Assembly: GCA_964651915.1 (NCBI GenBank) | Contig: CAZYZI010000003.1 | Coordinates: 1-42,312 of the forward strand | Reading direction: 5' to 3' | DNA: 42,312 nt | DNA from: an uncultured archaeon | GTDB lineage: Archaea; Thermoplasmatota; Poseidoniia; MGIII; CG-Epi1 | Shown here: one piece after another, positions 17,198-26,844 of the stretch | Numbering within the stretch: position 1 is the first letter of the stretch | How the letters are laid out: the number at the start of each line of letters is the position of its first letter | Translations under genes and position numbers: made by a program | Notes under the pieces: model-generated | Told to the model about the DNA's origin: nothing | Databases searched by the model: none | The model's input: the letters and a program-made list of their open reading frames with translations, nothing else

Positions 17198-18769
17198 ATG
17201 AAGACCACGGTATTGATGACAGCTATGCTTCTCAGCATATCATTTATGGGCTGTTTAGAACCTGAAGATAAGAGATCGGTTATCCCTGAAGACGAATTTG
17301 AAAAAACGAGATTAGCAGTCAGTGAAGAACAATTATCCCAATTTCCGTATTCATTTGATCCAATTCGCAATTTTTCAGTTGTTAATCCAGCTTCAATGGA
17401 AATTTCTACAGAACGTATTTGGGCAGTTTACGGGACAGAAGATTTTGGTGGAAGTAATGAGCATAATTATGGTGGAAATTGCTGTGAACATTATCTTGCT
17501 ACAGATCAAGATGGTGTAATCTATAACTTGGGTGGAGAATGGCCATGGTATAGTACTGATAGGGGTTTGACGTGGACTGAATGGGTCCCTCCAGCAGTTA
17601 ACACAGATTTAGGATGTGAAGAAGGACAGTTTGACCCTACCATTGCTCCAGGTTTGGGTGAGGGGTCAATTATTCAAGCACCAAATGGAGACATTATAGC
17701 AATGACTTGGTTTCCATATCCTAGTGTTGATGGAGTTGACCAATTCTATGCGATTTTAGGCAAGAAGACAAGTACTACTGAAATTGAATGGGAATGGTGC
17801 TGGAATTCAGCCGATAAAGAGCCATTTTACGATAGGTCATGGCAAGTTCCTGTTGTTGGTCCAATTAATCCACCATTAGAATATGCTACAAACAAATGTT
17901 CTTCCAATTGTCCATGGGCTAGCATGGTCGTTTCAAATTTTTGGAGTTATAATGAGCAAGGCTACCAGATTAGTGTAGATGGTTTGAATTATAGACCTAT
18001 ACAAATTCCAGATAGTAATTCTGGGGGGGAGGCTGACGTACAGTTTGACTTATATTTTGATGATTTGGGGCCTGAATGGGATTACATGCAGCCTCATAGA
18101 GAAATGCGAGCCTCTCCCATACCTTCTGGAGGGCTTTTATTTCCACGATGGTTTAGTGATGGTAGTAACTTATTTTTGGATACGAATTTAGAATGGCAGA
18201 AACATACATTGCCAGGAGGTTTACTACTCCCTTCACGTAACTTAGTGATAGACAGTTCTGGAGCATTACACAGTGTATCTTGTAATACTGCAAACCCGGG
18301 GAACAAGGGTTGCGACGGTTCCTTCAATTTAACTCATCAAATTAGTTATGATGGAGGATATAATTGGACAAATTATACACATAGATGGCCCGGATCATTA
18401 TCAGTGTCTGACAATACTTTTGAATGGGATTTCCAGGCTGATGGAAATTTGGATTTGGCAGTAATCTCTATGAGGGTTCAAACTGAAATGAATGGAACTT
18501 CTAGTGACATAGATTTAGTCTTTCACATAAGAGATTATAGAGAAAGTATGGAGGCCGATTCTATAACTCTTATTGGACTTGGAGATTTGGACGCAACATC
18601 TGGTGCGGGAAATGATGTAAGATTTGACTTTTCATCTTTTGCCATCCTTCCAGATGGTGGTATTGTTGTTGCTTATCATGATAGTAGTGAAGGTTGTACC
18701 GATGATACTCCTTGCGATCCTATGTTTGCTATAGAATTAGAATTGCCTGAAAGCTATTTTATCCTTTAG
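17198..18769 (+). CDS. Secreted acidic lipoprotein with Asp-box (BNR) repeats, probable beta-propeller
   Basis: Signal peptide ending FMGC (archaeal lipobox); YSTDRGLTW, ISVDGLNY, ISYDGGYNW; many Cys. Confidence 0.7.
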   Translation: MKTTVLMTAMLLSISFMGCLEPEDKRSVIPEDEFEKTRLAVSEEQLSQFPYSFDPIRNFSVVNPASMEISTERIWAVYGTEDFGGSNEHNYGGNCCEHYLATDQDGVIYNLGGEWPWYSTDRGLTWTEWVPPAVNTDLGCEEGQFDPTIAPGLGEGSIIQAPNGDIIAMTWFPYPSVDGVDQFYAILGKKTSTTEIEWEWCWNSADKEPFYDRSWQVPVVGPINPPLEYATNKCSSNCPWASMVVSNFWSYNEQGYQISVDGLNYRPIQIPDSNSGGEADVQFDLYFDDLGPEWDYMQPHREMRASPIPSGGLLFPRWFSDGSNLFLDTNLEWQKHTLPGGLLLPSRNLVIDSSGALHSVSCNTANPGNKGCDGSFNLTHQISYDGGYNWTNYTHRWPGSLSVSDNTFEWDFQADGNLDLAVISMRVQTEMNGTSSDIDLVFHIRDYRESMEADSITLIGLGDLDATSGAGNDVRFDFSSFAILPDGGIVVAYHDSSEGCTDDTPCDPMFAIELELPESYFIL

Positions 18770-19553
18770 ATTTTAACAGTAATATAATTTCTTTTGCTCG
18801 ATTTCTTAGAGTAACTTCAGATGTACCAACTGTTTTTGCAATTTCTAATTGACTTCTTCTCACTTTATTGTTTTTACAGGATATGTACAAAGCGGCACCT
18901 AATAATGCAGCAGGAGAAATTCCTTGTCTATAATCACTATCTTCTACCAACTTAATTATTTCCTGTGCATCGGTTTGAACAATATTGTTCAATGCTAATT
19001 TATTTGAAAATCTAGGTAGTAGATTATTGAGGCTAGTAAATCCAATTTTTAGCTTCAATTTTCTACTTATAAGTTTGTGAAGTCTACTTAATTCATTCCG
19101 ATTTAAATTACTAGTTTCAGCAATTTCGTCTAAAGTTCTTGGTACATTTCCCATTCTACATGCAGTGTAGATTGATGCAGCAGCTACTTTTTCACTACTT
19201 CTTCCTCTAACTAAACCCTCTTTTGATGAACTTGAAAATATTTCTAATGCAGATTCTTTAATGGAATCATTAATTTTTATTTCGTTTGAGATTCGTTCAA
19301 TTTCTTCAGAGGCCAATAATATACTTCTACTTGCTAAGTTTCCAGTTCTAGTTTCTCTCTGCCACTTTAGTATTGTTTTTGAATTAATACCTTTATTTTC
19401 ATTTTTTACAGTTTGAGTAGTTTGATTTTTCGGTTTGTAACTTGTCCATTGTGGGCCAGAATCAAAAATTAATTCACATTTCTGGCACGACATAATGCCA
19501 TCACCTTCATTCTTAATTTCATTTGTAGAACACTCAGGACACTTTAATTTCAT
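18759..19553 (-). CDS. tfb: Transcription initiation factor IIB, short divergent paralogue
   Basis: Zn ribbon CPEC/CQKC, GPQW, two cyclin repeats (LVRGRS..VAAASIYTACR..PRTLDEIA; GISPAA.LGAALY..RSQLEIA..SEVTLRNR). Confidence 0.9.
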   Translation of the reverse strand: MKLKCPECSTNEIKNEGDGIMSCQKCELIFDSGPQWTSYKPKNQTTQTVKNENKGINSKTILKWQRETRTGNLASRSILLASEEIERISNEIKINDSIKESALEIFSSSSKEGLVRGRSSEKVAAASIYTACRMGNVPRTLDEIAETSNLNRNELSRLHKLISRKLKLKIGFTSLNNLLPRFSNKLALNNIVQTDAQEIIKLVEDSDYRQGISPAALLGAALYISCKNNKVRRSQLEIAKTVGTSEVTLRNRAKEIILLLKSKG

Positions 19554-19774
19554 TTTCTGTAAACCTCTCTTCCTACAAGTTTGGTAATTCGGATTCCTTT
19601 TTTTGCAGATATTGTCAAATATGGTTCACTAACAGGTCCAAAAATATTAATCACTCTACCAACAAGCTTATTTTCGGAGTCAAAAACTTTTGTATTTTTT
19701 TCTACTTTGTTTTTGGCTATTACAATTGCTCGATTTTTAGAGTCGAGATGTGCTACTTTTCCTAGGCACTCCAT
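19550..19774 (-). CDS. gar1: H/ACA RNP component Gar1/Naf1
   Basis: LGKVAH, VGRVINIFGPVSEPY; the gar1-tfb adjacency is conserved in archaea. Confidence 0.85.
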   Translation of the reverse strand: MECLGKVAHLDSKNRAIVIAKNKVEKNTKVFDSENKLVGRVINIFGPVSEPYLTISAKKGIRITKLVGREVYRK

Positions 19775-19813
19775 ATCTCATCTCGTAAAAACTTCTATTT
19801 AAAGTTTGTTATT

Positions 19814-20677
19814 TTACAGTATGTTTTCTAGAGTCTTTCCTAATTCAGAAGGATTTTCGGTAACATGTATTCCAGCTCTTTCCATAGCTTTCATTTTTTC
19901 ACTAGCAGTTCCTTTACCACCAGATATTATTGCTCCTGCATGCCCCATTCTTTTTCCAGGTGGGGCAGTTCTCCCTGCAATAAATCCTACAACAGGTTTT
20001 GAAACATGTTCTTTTACATATTCAGATGCTATTTCTTCTGCACTTCCGCCTATTTCACCAATCATTATGATTGATTTCGTGTCTTTGTCATTTTCGAATG
20101 CTTCTAGGCAGTCAATAAAATTAGTTCCATTTACAGGATCACCTCCAATACCAATACAGGTAGATTGGCCAAGTCCTCTCTCAGTTACTTGATTCACAGC
20201 TTCATACGTTAATGTTCCAGATCGGGATATGACCCCAACATCACCTCTTCTGTGTATATGTCCAGGCATAATACCTACTTTACTTTCCCCTGGTGTAATT
20301 ATTCCAGGACAATTAGGCCCAATAAGTCTGGTATCTTTTGAATTTATGTATTTTTTTACTTTTACCATATCTAACGCAGGGATTCCTTCAGTAATGGCTA
20401 CAACCAATTCTATTCCTGAATCTGCAGCTTCCATTATTGCATCGGCTGCAAACGGAGGTGGTACGAATATACATGTCACATTAGCTCCAGCATCCACAGC
20501 TTCATTCATAGTATCCCATATAGGTAAACCTAATGTTTCTTGACCTCCCTTCCCAGGAGTTACCCCTCCAATTAGTTTACTTCCATAATCAAGCATTTGT
20601 TCACTGTGAAATTGACCATTCTTTCCAGTTATACCTTGTACAACTATTTTGCTATTAGAATCTAACCAAATACTCAT
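19814..20677 (-). CDS. sucD: Succinyl-CoA synthetase alpha subunit
   Basis: [35 protein letters not shown] (phospho-His). Confidence 0.97.
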   Translation of the reverse strand: MSIWLDSNSKIVVQGITGKNGQFHSEQMLDYGSKLIGGVTPGKGGQETLGLPIWDTMNEAVDAGANVTCIFVPPPFAADAIMEAADSGIELVVAITEGIPALDMVKVKKYINSKDTRLIGPNCPGIITPGESKVGIMPGHIHRRGDVGVISRSGTLTYEAVNQVTERGLGQSTCIGIGGDPVNGTNFIDCLEAFENDKDTKSIIMIGEIGGSAEEIASEYVKEHVSKPVVGFIAGRTAPPGKRMGHAGAIISGGKGTASEKMKAMERAGIHVTENPSELGKTLENIL

Positions 20678-21843
20678 GCATTTCCTCCTATAGATTTTAT
20701 TGCCTTTCTGGCACCATCATCCATATCATCTGCAGTGATTAAATCTAAACCGGAATCAGACAGCATTTTTTTCCCAAGTTTTACATTTGTTCCAGCAAGT
20801 CTAACAATTAATGGAACCTTCATATCTATTTCTTTTGCAGCTTCTATTATTCCTTCTGCAATAAAATCACACCTCATTATTCCTCCAAATATATTAACAA
20901 AAATGGCTTTCACTTCAGGATCTGAAAGTATAACTTTGAATCCTTCGGTTACCTGCTTTGCATTAGCACCTCCACCAACATCTAAGAAGTTTGCAGGTTC
21001 TCCTCCATGTAGTTTAATTATGTCCATTGTAGCCATTGCCAAACCCGCTCCATTTACCATACATCCAATTTCTCCATTTAGTTTTATGTAATTTAGTCCA
21101 ACTTCATTTGCTCGAGTTTCCAAAGGCTCTTCTTCATTTGTATCTCTTAATTCTTCAATTTCCTTGTGTCTAAATAATCCAGAGCTATCAAAATTTATTT
21201 TTGCATCTAATGCAATAATTTCATTATCAGTATTGACGACTAAAGGGTTAATTTCAACTATTGAACAATCTAAATCAACAAATAGTTGGTATAATTTTTT
21301 CATAAATTTGATACAATTCTTAATTTGGTTTCCTTCCAATCCAAGGCCAAACGCAATTTCTCTAGCTTGCCAATCACCTATCCCTGTTATAGGGTCTGCA
21401 TAAACTTTCAAAATTTTTTCAGGATTTTTGTGAGCAACTTCTTCAATTTCAACACCACCTTCTGTTGACGCCATAATTACGGGTAATTCTTTTTCACGAT
21501 CTAATACAATCCCCAAGTAAAGTTCTCGAGAAATATTACATCCTTCTTCCACATATATTTTTCTAACTTCTACACCTTTGCTGGTAGTTTGTGGCGTTAC
21601 CAAATTTTTTCCTATCAAATTACTTGCAGCCTCAAACACTTCATCAGCCGAGCGACAAAGAACAATACCTCCACCTTTACCTCTGCCTCCTGCATGAACC
21701 TGTGCTTTAACAACCCAAATTTTGCCTCCCAAATCTTTACAAGCTTTTGCAGCTTCATCCGGATTCGAAGCGATAACACCATCTAATGTTCTTACTCCAT
21801 ATTGCCTAAAGAGGTCTTTTGCTTGGTATTCATGTATATTCAT
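20674..21843 (-). CDS. sucC: Succinyl-CoA synthetase beta subunit
   Basis: [57 protein letters not shown]. Confidence 0.97.
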   Translation of the reverse strand: MNIHEYQAKDLFRQYGVRTLDGVIASNPDEAAKACKDLGGKIWVVKAQVHAGGRGKGGGIVLCRSADEVFEAASNLIGKNLVTPQTTSKGVEVRKIYVEEGCNISRELYLGIVLDREKELPVIMASTEGGVEIEEVAHKNPEKILKVYADPITGIGDWQAREIAFGLGLEGNQIKNCIKFMKKLYQLFVDLDCSIVEINPLVVNTDNEIIALDAKINFDSSGLFRHKEIEELRDTNEEEPLETRANEVGLNYIKLNGEIGCMVNGAGLAMATMDIIKLHGGEPANFLDVGGGANAKQVTEGFKVILSDPEVKAIFVNIFGGIMRCDFIAEGIIEAAKEIDMKVPLIVRLAGTNVKLGKKMLSDSGLDLITADDMDDGARKAIKSIGGNA

Positions 21844-21943
21844 GTACCGTTGCAGATAGATTGGGGTTTAATATGCTAAGTTCAAGTGTAGTTATGTAAA
21901 GATTTAAATAGAACACAATCTGGCGCCAGAAGCAGGTTAGCAC

Positions 21944-22444
21944 ATGGCAAAGAAAAACCCCGCACATATGTTTCGTGGAAAGAAAAAAGCCTACACTCGT
22001 AAGAAGTACATAGGAGGAGTTCCAGCTAGCCGTATAACTCAATTTGATGTTGGAGCAACTAAAACAGATTTTGCGGTTAAAGTCACATTATCTGCCGAGG
22101 AAGAATGTTTGGTAAGACATAATGCTTTAGAATCTGCTAGAGTTACAGCAAATAGATATATTCAAACCCATGCAGGAAGAGAAGGTTATCATTTGAAGGT
22201 TAGAATATACCCTCATCATGTTTTAAGACACAATAAGATTGCTCAAGGTGCAGGAGCAGATCGAGTTTCTATGGGAATGCGTAAGTCATTTGGAAGAACT
22301 GTTGGAACAGCAGCAAGAGTCAAATCGGGTCAAAAATTAATTACTTTGAGTACATCCGAAGAATTCCTTCTTGAAGCTAAAGAGGCTTTGAGAAAATCTT
22401 CACATAAGCTTCCAACACCTTGTACAATTAAGGTGAATCAATAA
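21944..22444 (+). CDS. rpl10e: 50S ribosomal protein uL16 (L10e)
   Basis: YTRKKYIGGVP, ALESARVTANRY, RIYPHHVLR, GAGADR..GMRKSFG, EALR..HKLP. Confidence 0.95.
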   Translation: MAKKNPAHMFRGKKKAYTRKKYIGGVPASRITQFDVGATKTDFAVKVTLSAEEECLVRHNALESARVTANRYIQTHAGREGYHLKVRIYPHHVLRHNKIAQGAGADRVSMGMRKSFGRTVGTAARVKSGQKLITLSTSEEFLLEAKEALRKSSHKLPTPCTIKVNQ

Positions 22445-22447
22445 TAG

Positions 22448-22702
22448 ATGGCTGAAGTCGTTAAGAAATTAGGATTACCCCAACAGGATGGGTTTCTTTA
22501 TTTTGTCGAAAATGATGGCACAGTCTGGAAACATCAGGGTGGTCAGAAAACAATCGTTTCAAAATCTAATGTTAAAAGAGAAGAAGGTTATCTGTATTTT
22601 ATTGACCTTAATGGCGATTTGGCAAAGAAAGTTAATCCTCAACAGAGAGATGTTGAAACTAATAAACTTTACAAACCAGGAACACAAGTTGAAGAAAGTT
22701 AA
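22448..22702 (+). CDS. Small hypothetical protein with an internal G[FY]LYF[VI]xxxG tandem repeat
   Basis: QQDGFLYFVENDG and REEGYLYFIDLNG; SD AGGTGA upstream, starts 3 nt after the rpl10e stop. Confidence 0.75.
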   Translation: MAEVVKKLGLPQQDGFLYFVENDGTVWKHQGGQKTIVSKSNVKREEGYLYFIDLNGDLAKKVNPQQRDVETNKLYKPGTQVEES

Positions 22703-22710
22703 TTAGTAAT

Positions 22711-23385
22711 TTACCAGAATTTCCACCATGGCTTTTGATTTGGGAGAGTTCTTTCTTTCATTTTTGTTGCATATCCACCATCACCCTCTGATAATCCTTT
22801 GATGATTGCTACATCCATACTTCTGTAGGCAATTTTTCCAGCAGGACTCATTTCTTTCAAAAGAGTTAAGGTATTACTTGTTAGTTCATTTAACATTTCA
22901 AATCTTTCTTTATCAAAATTAATTTCTCCAGAGGCAGATACATCTTCACCTACTGCATTAGAAATTAAAGAAGACAAATCTATTTCTCCATCGTTTTCTT
23001 TTTCTCTAAACCAGAGAGCAAATCCAGCTAAGAAGCTTATTTCATTACAGATCCATTCATTTACGGTTCTTGCTTCCAAATCTCTTGCTACAATTTCACC
23101 CTGAGACCAATATTTCATCATATGTTTTTCTAATTTCTCTTCAATAGTTTTTGTAAAATCTTTAGATTCATTTTCTCTTAGTTTTACTTTTCCAATTATA
23201 TTATTTGGAATCCAATTATAGTTACAATATATCTTTAGTTCTTTGTCTGTTTCTTTACAAAAAAAATCATCTGAATTTGGTAACGAAATTAATTCAGCAA
23301 TTTGTTCTACTTTTAGGTTAGATCGTTCTTTTGCCTCTTCAATTGTGAATTTACCTCCAATAATTGAGAGAAATAATTTAGCCAA
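22711..23385 (-). CDS. Hypothetical protein with C-terminal KPWWKFW amphipathic tail
   Basis: 224-aa ORF filling the gap between neighbours, host-like codon use; start codon uncertain. Confidence 0.75.
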   Translation of the reverse strand: MAKLFLSIIGGKFTIEEAKERSNLKVEQIAELISLPNSDDFFCKETDKELKIYCNYNWIPNNIIGKVKLRENESKDFTKTIEEKLEKHMMKYWSQGEIVARDLEARTVNEWICNEISFLAGFALWFREKENDGEIDLSSLISNAVGEDVSASGEINFDKERFEMLNELTSNTLTLLKEMSPAGKIAYRSMDVAIIKGLSEGDGGYATKMKERTLPNQKPWWKFW

Positions 23386-23405
23386 ATCTCCTGAGCCTGG
23401 ATCTT

Positions 23406-24188
23406 TCAGATAATCACCCTACTTCCACTAGGTTTATTGTTGAGAAAATCATTAAATGAATCTAAATTTGTTATCCATGTATCACTATATTTTGCCATTT
23501 CAATCCCACATTCAATTTTACCGATTAATCCCCCAGTAACATCAGCAATATTTTCATTATCTTTTTGTTTTTTGAGTATTTCTATAGTTTCTTGATTAAC
23601 AATAGGAATAATTTTTGAATTTGGATTATCTGGATTTCCATCAAATACTCCAGGGTAATCCATAACAAATATAGAGTAAGATGGTTTGTAATATTCAGCT
23701 AATTTCATCATTAAAATATCTCCACTAAGTATGCTTATTCCTTGTAGTTTGTCATCAGTTACATCACCAAAAGTAACAGGAACCTTATTTTCAGATAAGG
23801 CCTTGCTAAATATTTTATATGGAAAATCTACAATTTCCTTTGGTCCATTTGTAGTCATTGAAGACGAGGGAACAATTGTTTCGTTATTTATTCCAACTTT
23901 GTTTAAAGACTCACAAAATATTCTATTTAGTTCACGGACCTGTTTTCTGGTTTCTTTTATTGCTTCTTTTTGTTTCAAGTCTTCATTTAATCCTTTTGCG
24001 ATCTCAAATTTCTTAGCAATTGGATGTCCAAATGATCCTGCACCATGAACAATAATTAAATTATATTTTTTTTGATTTAGGATATTACTAATCGATTCTA
24101 AATTTTTATTGTTTATTTTGGGAGTTTCACTTGATTTATCAGTTATTAAGGAACCCCCGAATTTAACAATGATGAGTTCTTTTTCCAT
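23406..24188 (-). CDS. ipk: Isopentenyl phosphate kinase
   Basis: VKFGGSLITDK, VHGAGSFGH (IPK-specific His), FGDV, ILSGD, DVTGG..GK. Confidence 0.9.
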   Translation of the reverse strand: MEKELIIVKFGGSLITDKSSETPKINNKNLESISNILNQKKYNLIIVHGAGSFGHPIAKKFEIAKGLNEDLKQKEAIKETRKQVRELNRIFCESLNKVGINNETIVPSSSMTTNGPKEIVDFPYKIFSKALSENKVPVTFGDVTDDKLQGISILSGDILMMKLAEYYKPSYSIFVMDYPGVFDGNPDNPNSKIIPIVNQETIEILKKQKDNENIADVTGGLIGKIECGIEMAKYSDTWITNLDSFNDFLNNKPSGSRVII

Positions 24189-24263
24189 ATATCCTCTAAT
24201 GTCTATAGCTGGGCAGTCTAAAAGATGCAGTACCCTGCTAAATAGTCAGTTCTTTGGGACTAT

Positions 24264-25385
24264 GTGCATAATAAAATAACACTTGCCCTTATTGGTGCTT
24301 TATGTTACAATATAACTCAAGGTCTTGCTTTTACTATAGTTAGATTACAAGCTAATTCTTTGGGGGATTTTAGAACATTAGGTTTAGTAGTAGGTCTTCC
24401 TAATTTTGCACTAGTTGCAGGTTCAACTTTTTGGGGTATTGTTGCAGATAGGTGGAAAAATAGAAGAGAAGTTGTGGTTCTCTGTGCAATCATTTCAGCT
24501 CTTTTGTATCTACCTTTACCTTGGGCAAATCCAGTTAATTTAATAATTTTGAGAACAATTCAATCATTTTTCCTAGGTGGTATGGTTCAGATTGCTACTT
24601 TATTCTCAGAATTGAATCCAAAGGCACGGGCTACTCTGATGGGTAGATTAGAATCAGCATTGGGATTTGGTTGGGGAGCTGGAGCTTTTTTTGGAGGAAT
24701 TCTGGTGTTATCAACAGATTATGGTTTAGGTACACCTTCAGTTATCTTATCCTTCTTTTTGACAGCTTCAATTGGTGTTTTTGCAGTAGTTGGATATATG
24801 GGTGTAACTGAGCGTTCAGTTATAAGAGAAAATCAAGAATTAGAATTCCAGCCATATTTTTGGAAATTAGCTCGTTTATTCGTGACGACATTTGTTCTTT
24901 TTATGGGTTATATGTTTTTCCTTAGTTTTTCACCTGTTTATCTCACAGAGATTACAGGCTCTAGTTTTGGTATGGGGATAATTGTGTTATTTAGTGGAAT
25001 TATACATGCAGTAGTCGCACCTTATGCAGGAAGAATGGTTGATAAATATCCTAGAGAATTAGCAATCAGAGCAGCTTGTGGCCTAGTTTTCTTATCTATG
25101 GTTACATATTCATTAACCCAGAATATTTATTTGGTAACTCTAGCCTTTGTATTGCCAATATACATGACTTATTTTTTGGGTGCACGCTCAATAGTTGCAG
25201 ACACAGTTCCTTATCAGTTAAGGGCTCGAACTATGGGCTTATTATCATCTTTTAGTCTTTTAGGTAGTGGTGTCGGTAGTATTCTTGTAGGAGAACTTCT
25301 CCTTTATTTTGATTATCAGAGTGTCTTCCGAATTGGAGCCTTTATCTCTCTAGTTGCCTTATTAGCTGGCTGGAAAAAAATCTAA
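24264..25385 (+). CDS. MFS transporter
   Basis: About 12 hydrophobic helices; motif A variants WGIVADRWKNRR and GRMVDKYPR; RARTMG. Confidence 0.88.
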   Translation: MHNKITLALIGALCYNITQGLAFTIVRLQANSLGDFRTLGLVVGLPNFALVAGSTFWGIVADRWKNRREVVVLCAIISALLYLPLPWANPVNLIILRTIQSFFLGGMVQIATLFSELNPKARATLMGRLESALGFGWGAGAFFGGILVLSTDYGLGTPSVILSFFLTASIGVFAVVGYMGVTERSVIRENQELEFQPYFWKLARLFVTTFVLFMGYMFFLSFSPVYLTEITGSSFGMGIIVLFSGIIHAVVAPYAGRMVDKYPRELAIRAACGLVFLSMVTYSLTQNIYLVTLAFVLPIYMTYFLGARSIVADTVPYQLRARTMGLLSSFSLLGSGVGSILVGELLLYFDYQSVFRIGAFISLVALLAGWKKI

Positions 25386-26461
25386 TTTTCTTTTATTGTA
25401 ATACCTTTTTTGTTAAGATAATCTAAGATAAAATCATATATTTCCTCATCTTGACCTAATACTTCAGGGCATTGTATACCTTTTTTATTAATTTTATTTT
25501 TAATAAGAAGTTGACTAAATGCACAGGCAGTCAGTCCTGTAGTTCTTGACATACTACTCCACCCATCTCTTCTTTCATCGTATATTGTATAAATTATTTC
25601 TTTCCCATCTTTAGTTTTAGCCAGAATAATCATAAAAGTGAATTCATCTTCATCATTTAGTCTCCATTGGTTAAATAAATCTGAGCAGGTTTTTTCTTTC
25701 ATTGTTATTTTCTTATTGTTATATTCAATAATTTCATCTGAAAAAGCCCCTTCTTTAATCAGTTTTTTGACTAGATTAGCGTGTCCTGGATATCTGATAG
25801 TATATTCTCCTAGGTTTGGAATATTTGATATTTTTTCATCAGAGTTTAATAAGGTTCTTAATCCATCTGTTAGGAATGCTTCCAATTCACCAATACCTTC
25901 AACTTCAAATTTTCTAATGTCAGATAAAGCTTCTTTAACTACAATTTTACCATTTATTTTAGATCTTGCAGGTCTCGTATATTCTTCAATAACATCGATT
26001 GGAGAGAAAGGTGCTCGATAATTCCACGGTGGGTTTTTTTCTTTGGGTAATCCACCAACCATGATTTCTATCTCTTTAATTTTATTTTTTGAGATTATAT
26101 TTCCAATAATTAGATTACTCAGACCGGGCGCAACTCCAGCATCAGGTATTATTGTACAATTCATTTCTTTCTTTAAGGTTAAGCAATCTTCAGGCATAAA
26201 TGAAATATCGACGCATGGCACTTGTAATTCTATTAAGGTCTCAAGCATTTTGAATCCCATAAATCCAGGTAAACAATTAACTGATAAATTGTAATTTACT
26301 ATTTCTTTTCTAAAATCTGCATTAGTTACATCTTTAATGATAGTATGTATATTTTTCAAATTTAGCTTCTTATTATCAAATACTGTAACATCATAATCTT
26401 TTGATAATTCAGTTGCAATAAAAGAACCAACCATACCGCCCCCTAAGACAGCTATTTTCAT
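25382..26461 (-). CDS. Saccharopine dehydrogenase / lysine 6-dehydrogenase family oxidoreductase
   Basis: VLGGGMVG, DISF.PE, DAGVAPGLSN, VGGLP, FSP.DVIEEYTRPAR, EAFLTDGLRTL, TIRYPGH, MSRTTG. Confidence 0.87.
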   Translation of the reverse strand: MKIAVLGGGMVGSFIATELSKDYDVTVFDNKKLNLKNIHTIIKDVTNADFRKEIVNYNLSVNCLPGFMGFKMLETLIELQVPCVDISFMPEDCLTLKKEMNCTIIPDAGVAPGLSNLIIGNIISKNKIKEIEIMVGGLPKEKNPPWNYRAPFSPIDVIEEYTRPARSKINGKIVVKEALSDIRKFEVEGIGELEAFLTDGLRTLLNSDEKISNIPNLGEYTIRYPGHANLVKKLIKEGAFSDEIIEYNNKKITMKEKTCSDLFNQWRLNDEDEFTFMIILAKTKDGKEIIYTIYDERRDGWSSMSRTTGLTACAFSQLLIKNKINKKGIQCPEVLGQDEEIYDFILDYLNKKGITIKEN

Positions 26462-26467
26462 ATTCAA

Positions 26468-26824
26468 TTAGTCACTCAATTTCTTTCTTGAAACTCGTAT
26501 ACTTTTTGGAGTCACGACAATCCATTTTTGACTTACACCAACTAAATCCCCATCTACATCTGCTACAGCCCTTTCTAATTCAGCTAAGATTTTGTGTAGA
26601 GTTTCCTGATCTGAGGTTAATGGTGTGAAGTCAATAAGAATTACATTTCCATCATGTAATTCAGTAGTTATTTGGTTAACTTGTTCAGGCTTGCTTAGCA
26701 ACATGGTATGGACTATCATAGATGCTTTTCCACCATAATCCTCAGCATTATCGGCACTCCAATTTCTTAAATCGAAAAATTGCTCAGTAGGTATTCTTCT
26801 AAGCTGTGTTGGATTAGATGCCAT
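26468..26824 (-). CDS. sepF: Archaeal SepF (FtsZ membrane anchor)
   Basis: F.DL N-terminal motif, DGNVILIDF, L...V..VDGDLVG, IVVTP..I.V.R. Confidence 0.82.
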   Translation of the reverse strand: MASNPTQLRRIPTEQFFDLRNWSADNAEDYGGKASMIVHTMLLSKPEQVNQITTELHDGNVILIDFTPLTSDQETLHKILAELERAVADVDGDLVGVSQKWIVVTPKSIRVSRKKLSD

Positions 26825-26844
26825 GTTTGAATATTTAGTTGTGG

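Noticed and set aside
17155-17370. 71-aa minus-strand ORF upstream of the sdh operon as a fourth sdh subunit
   Set aside because: Antisense to the lipoprotein signal region, with no supporting features
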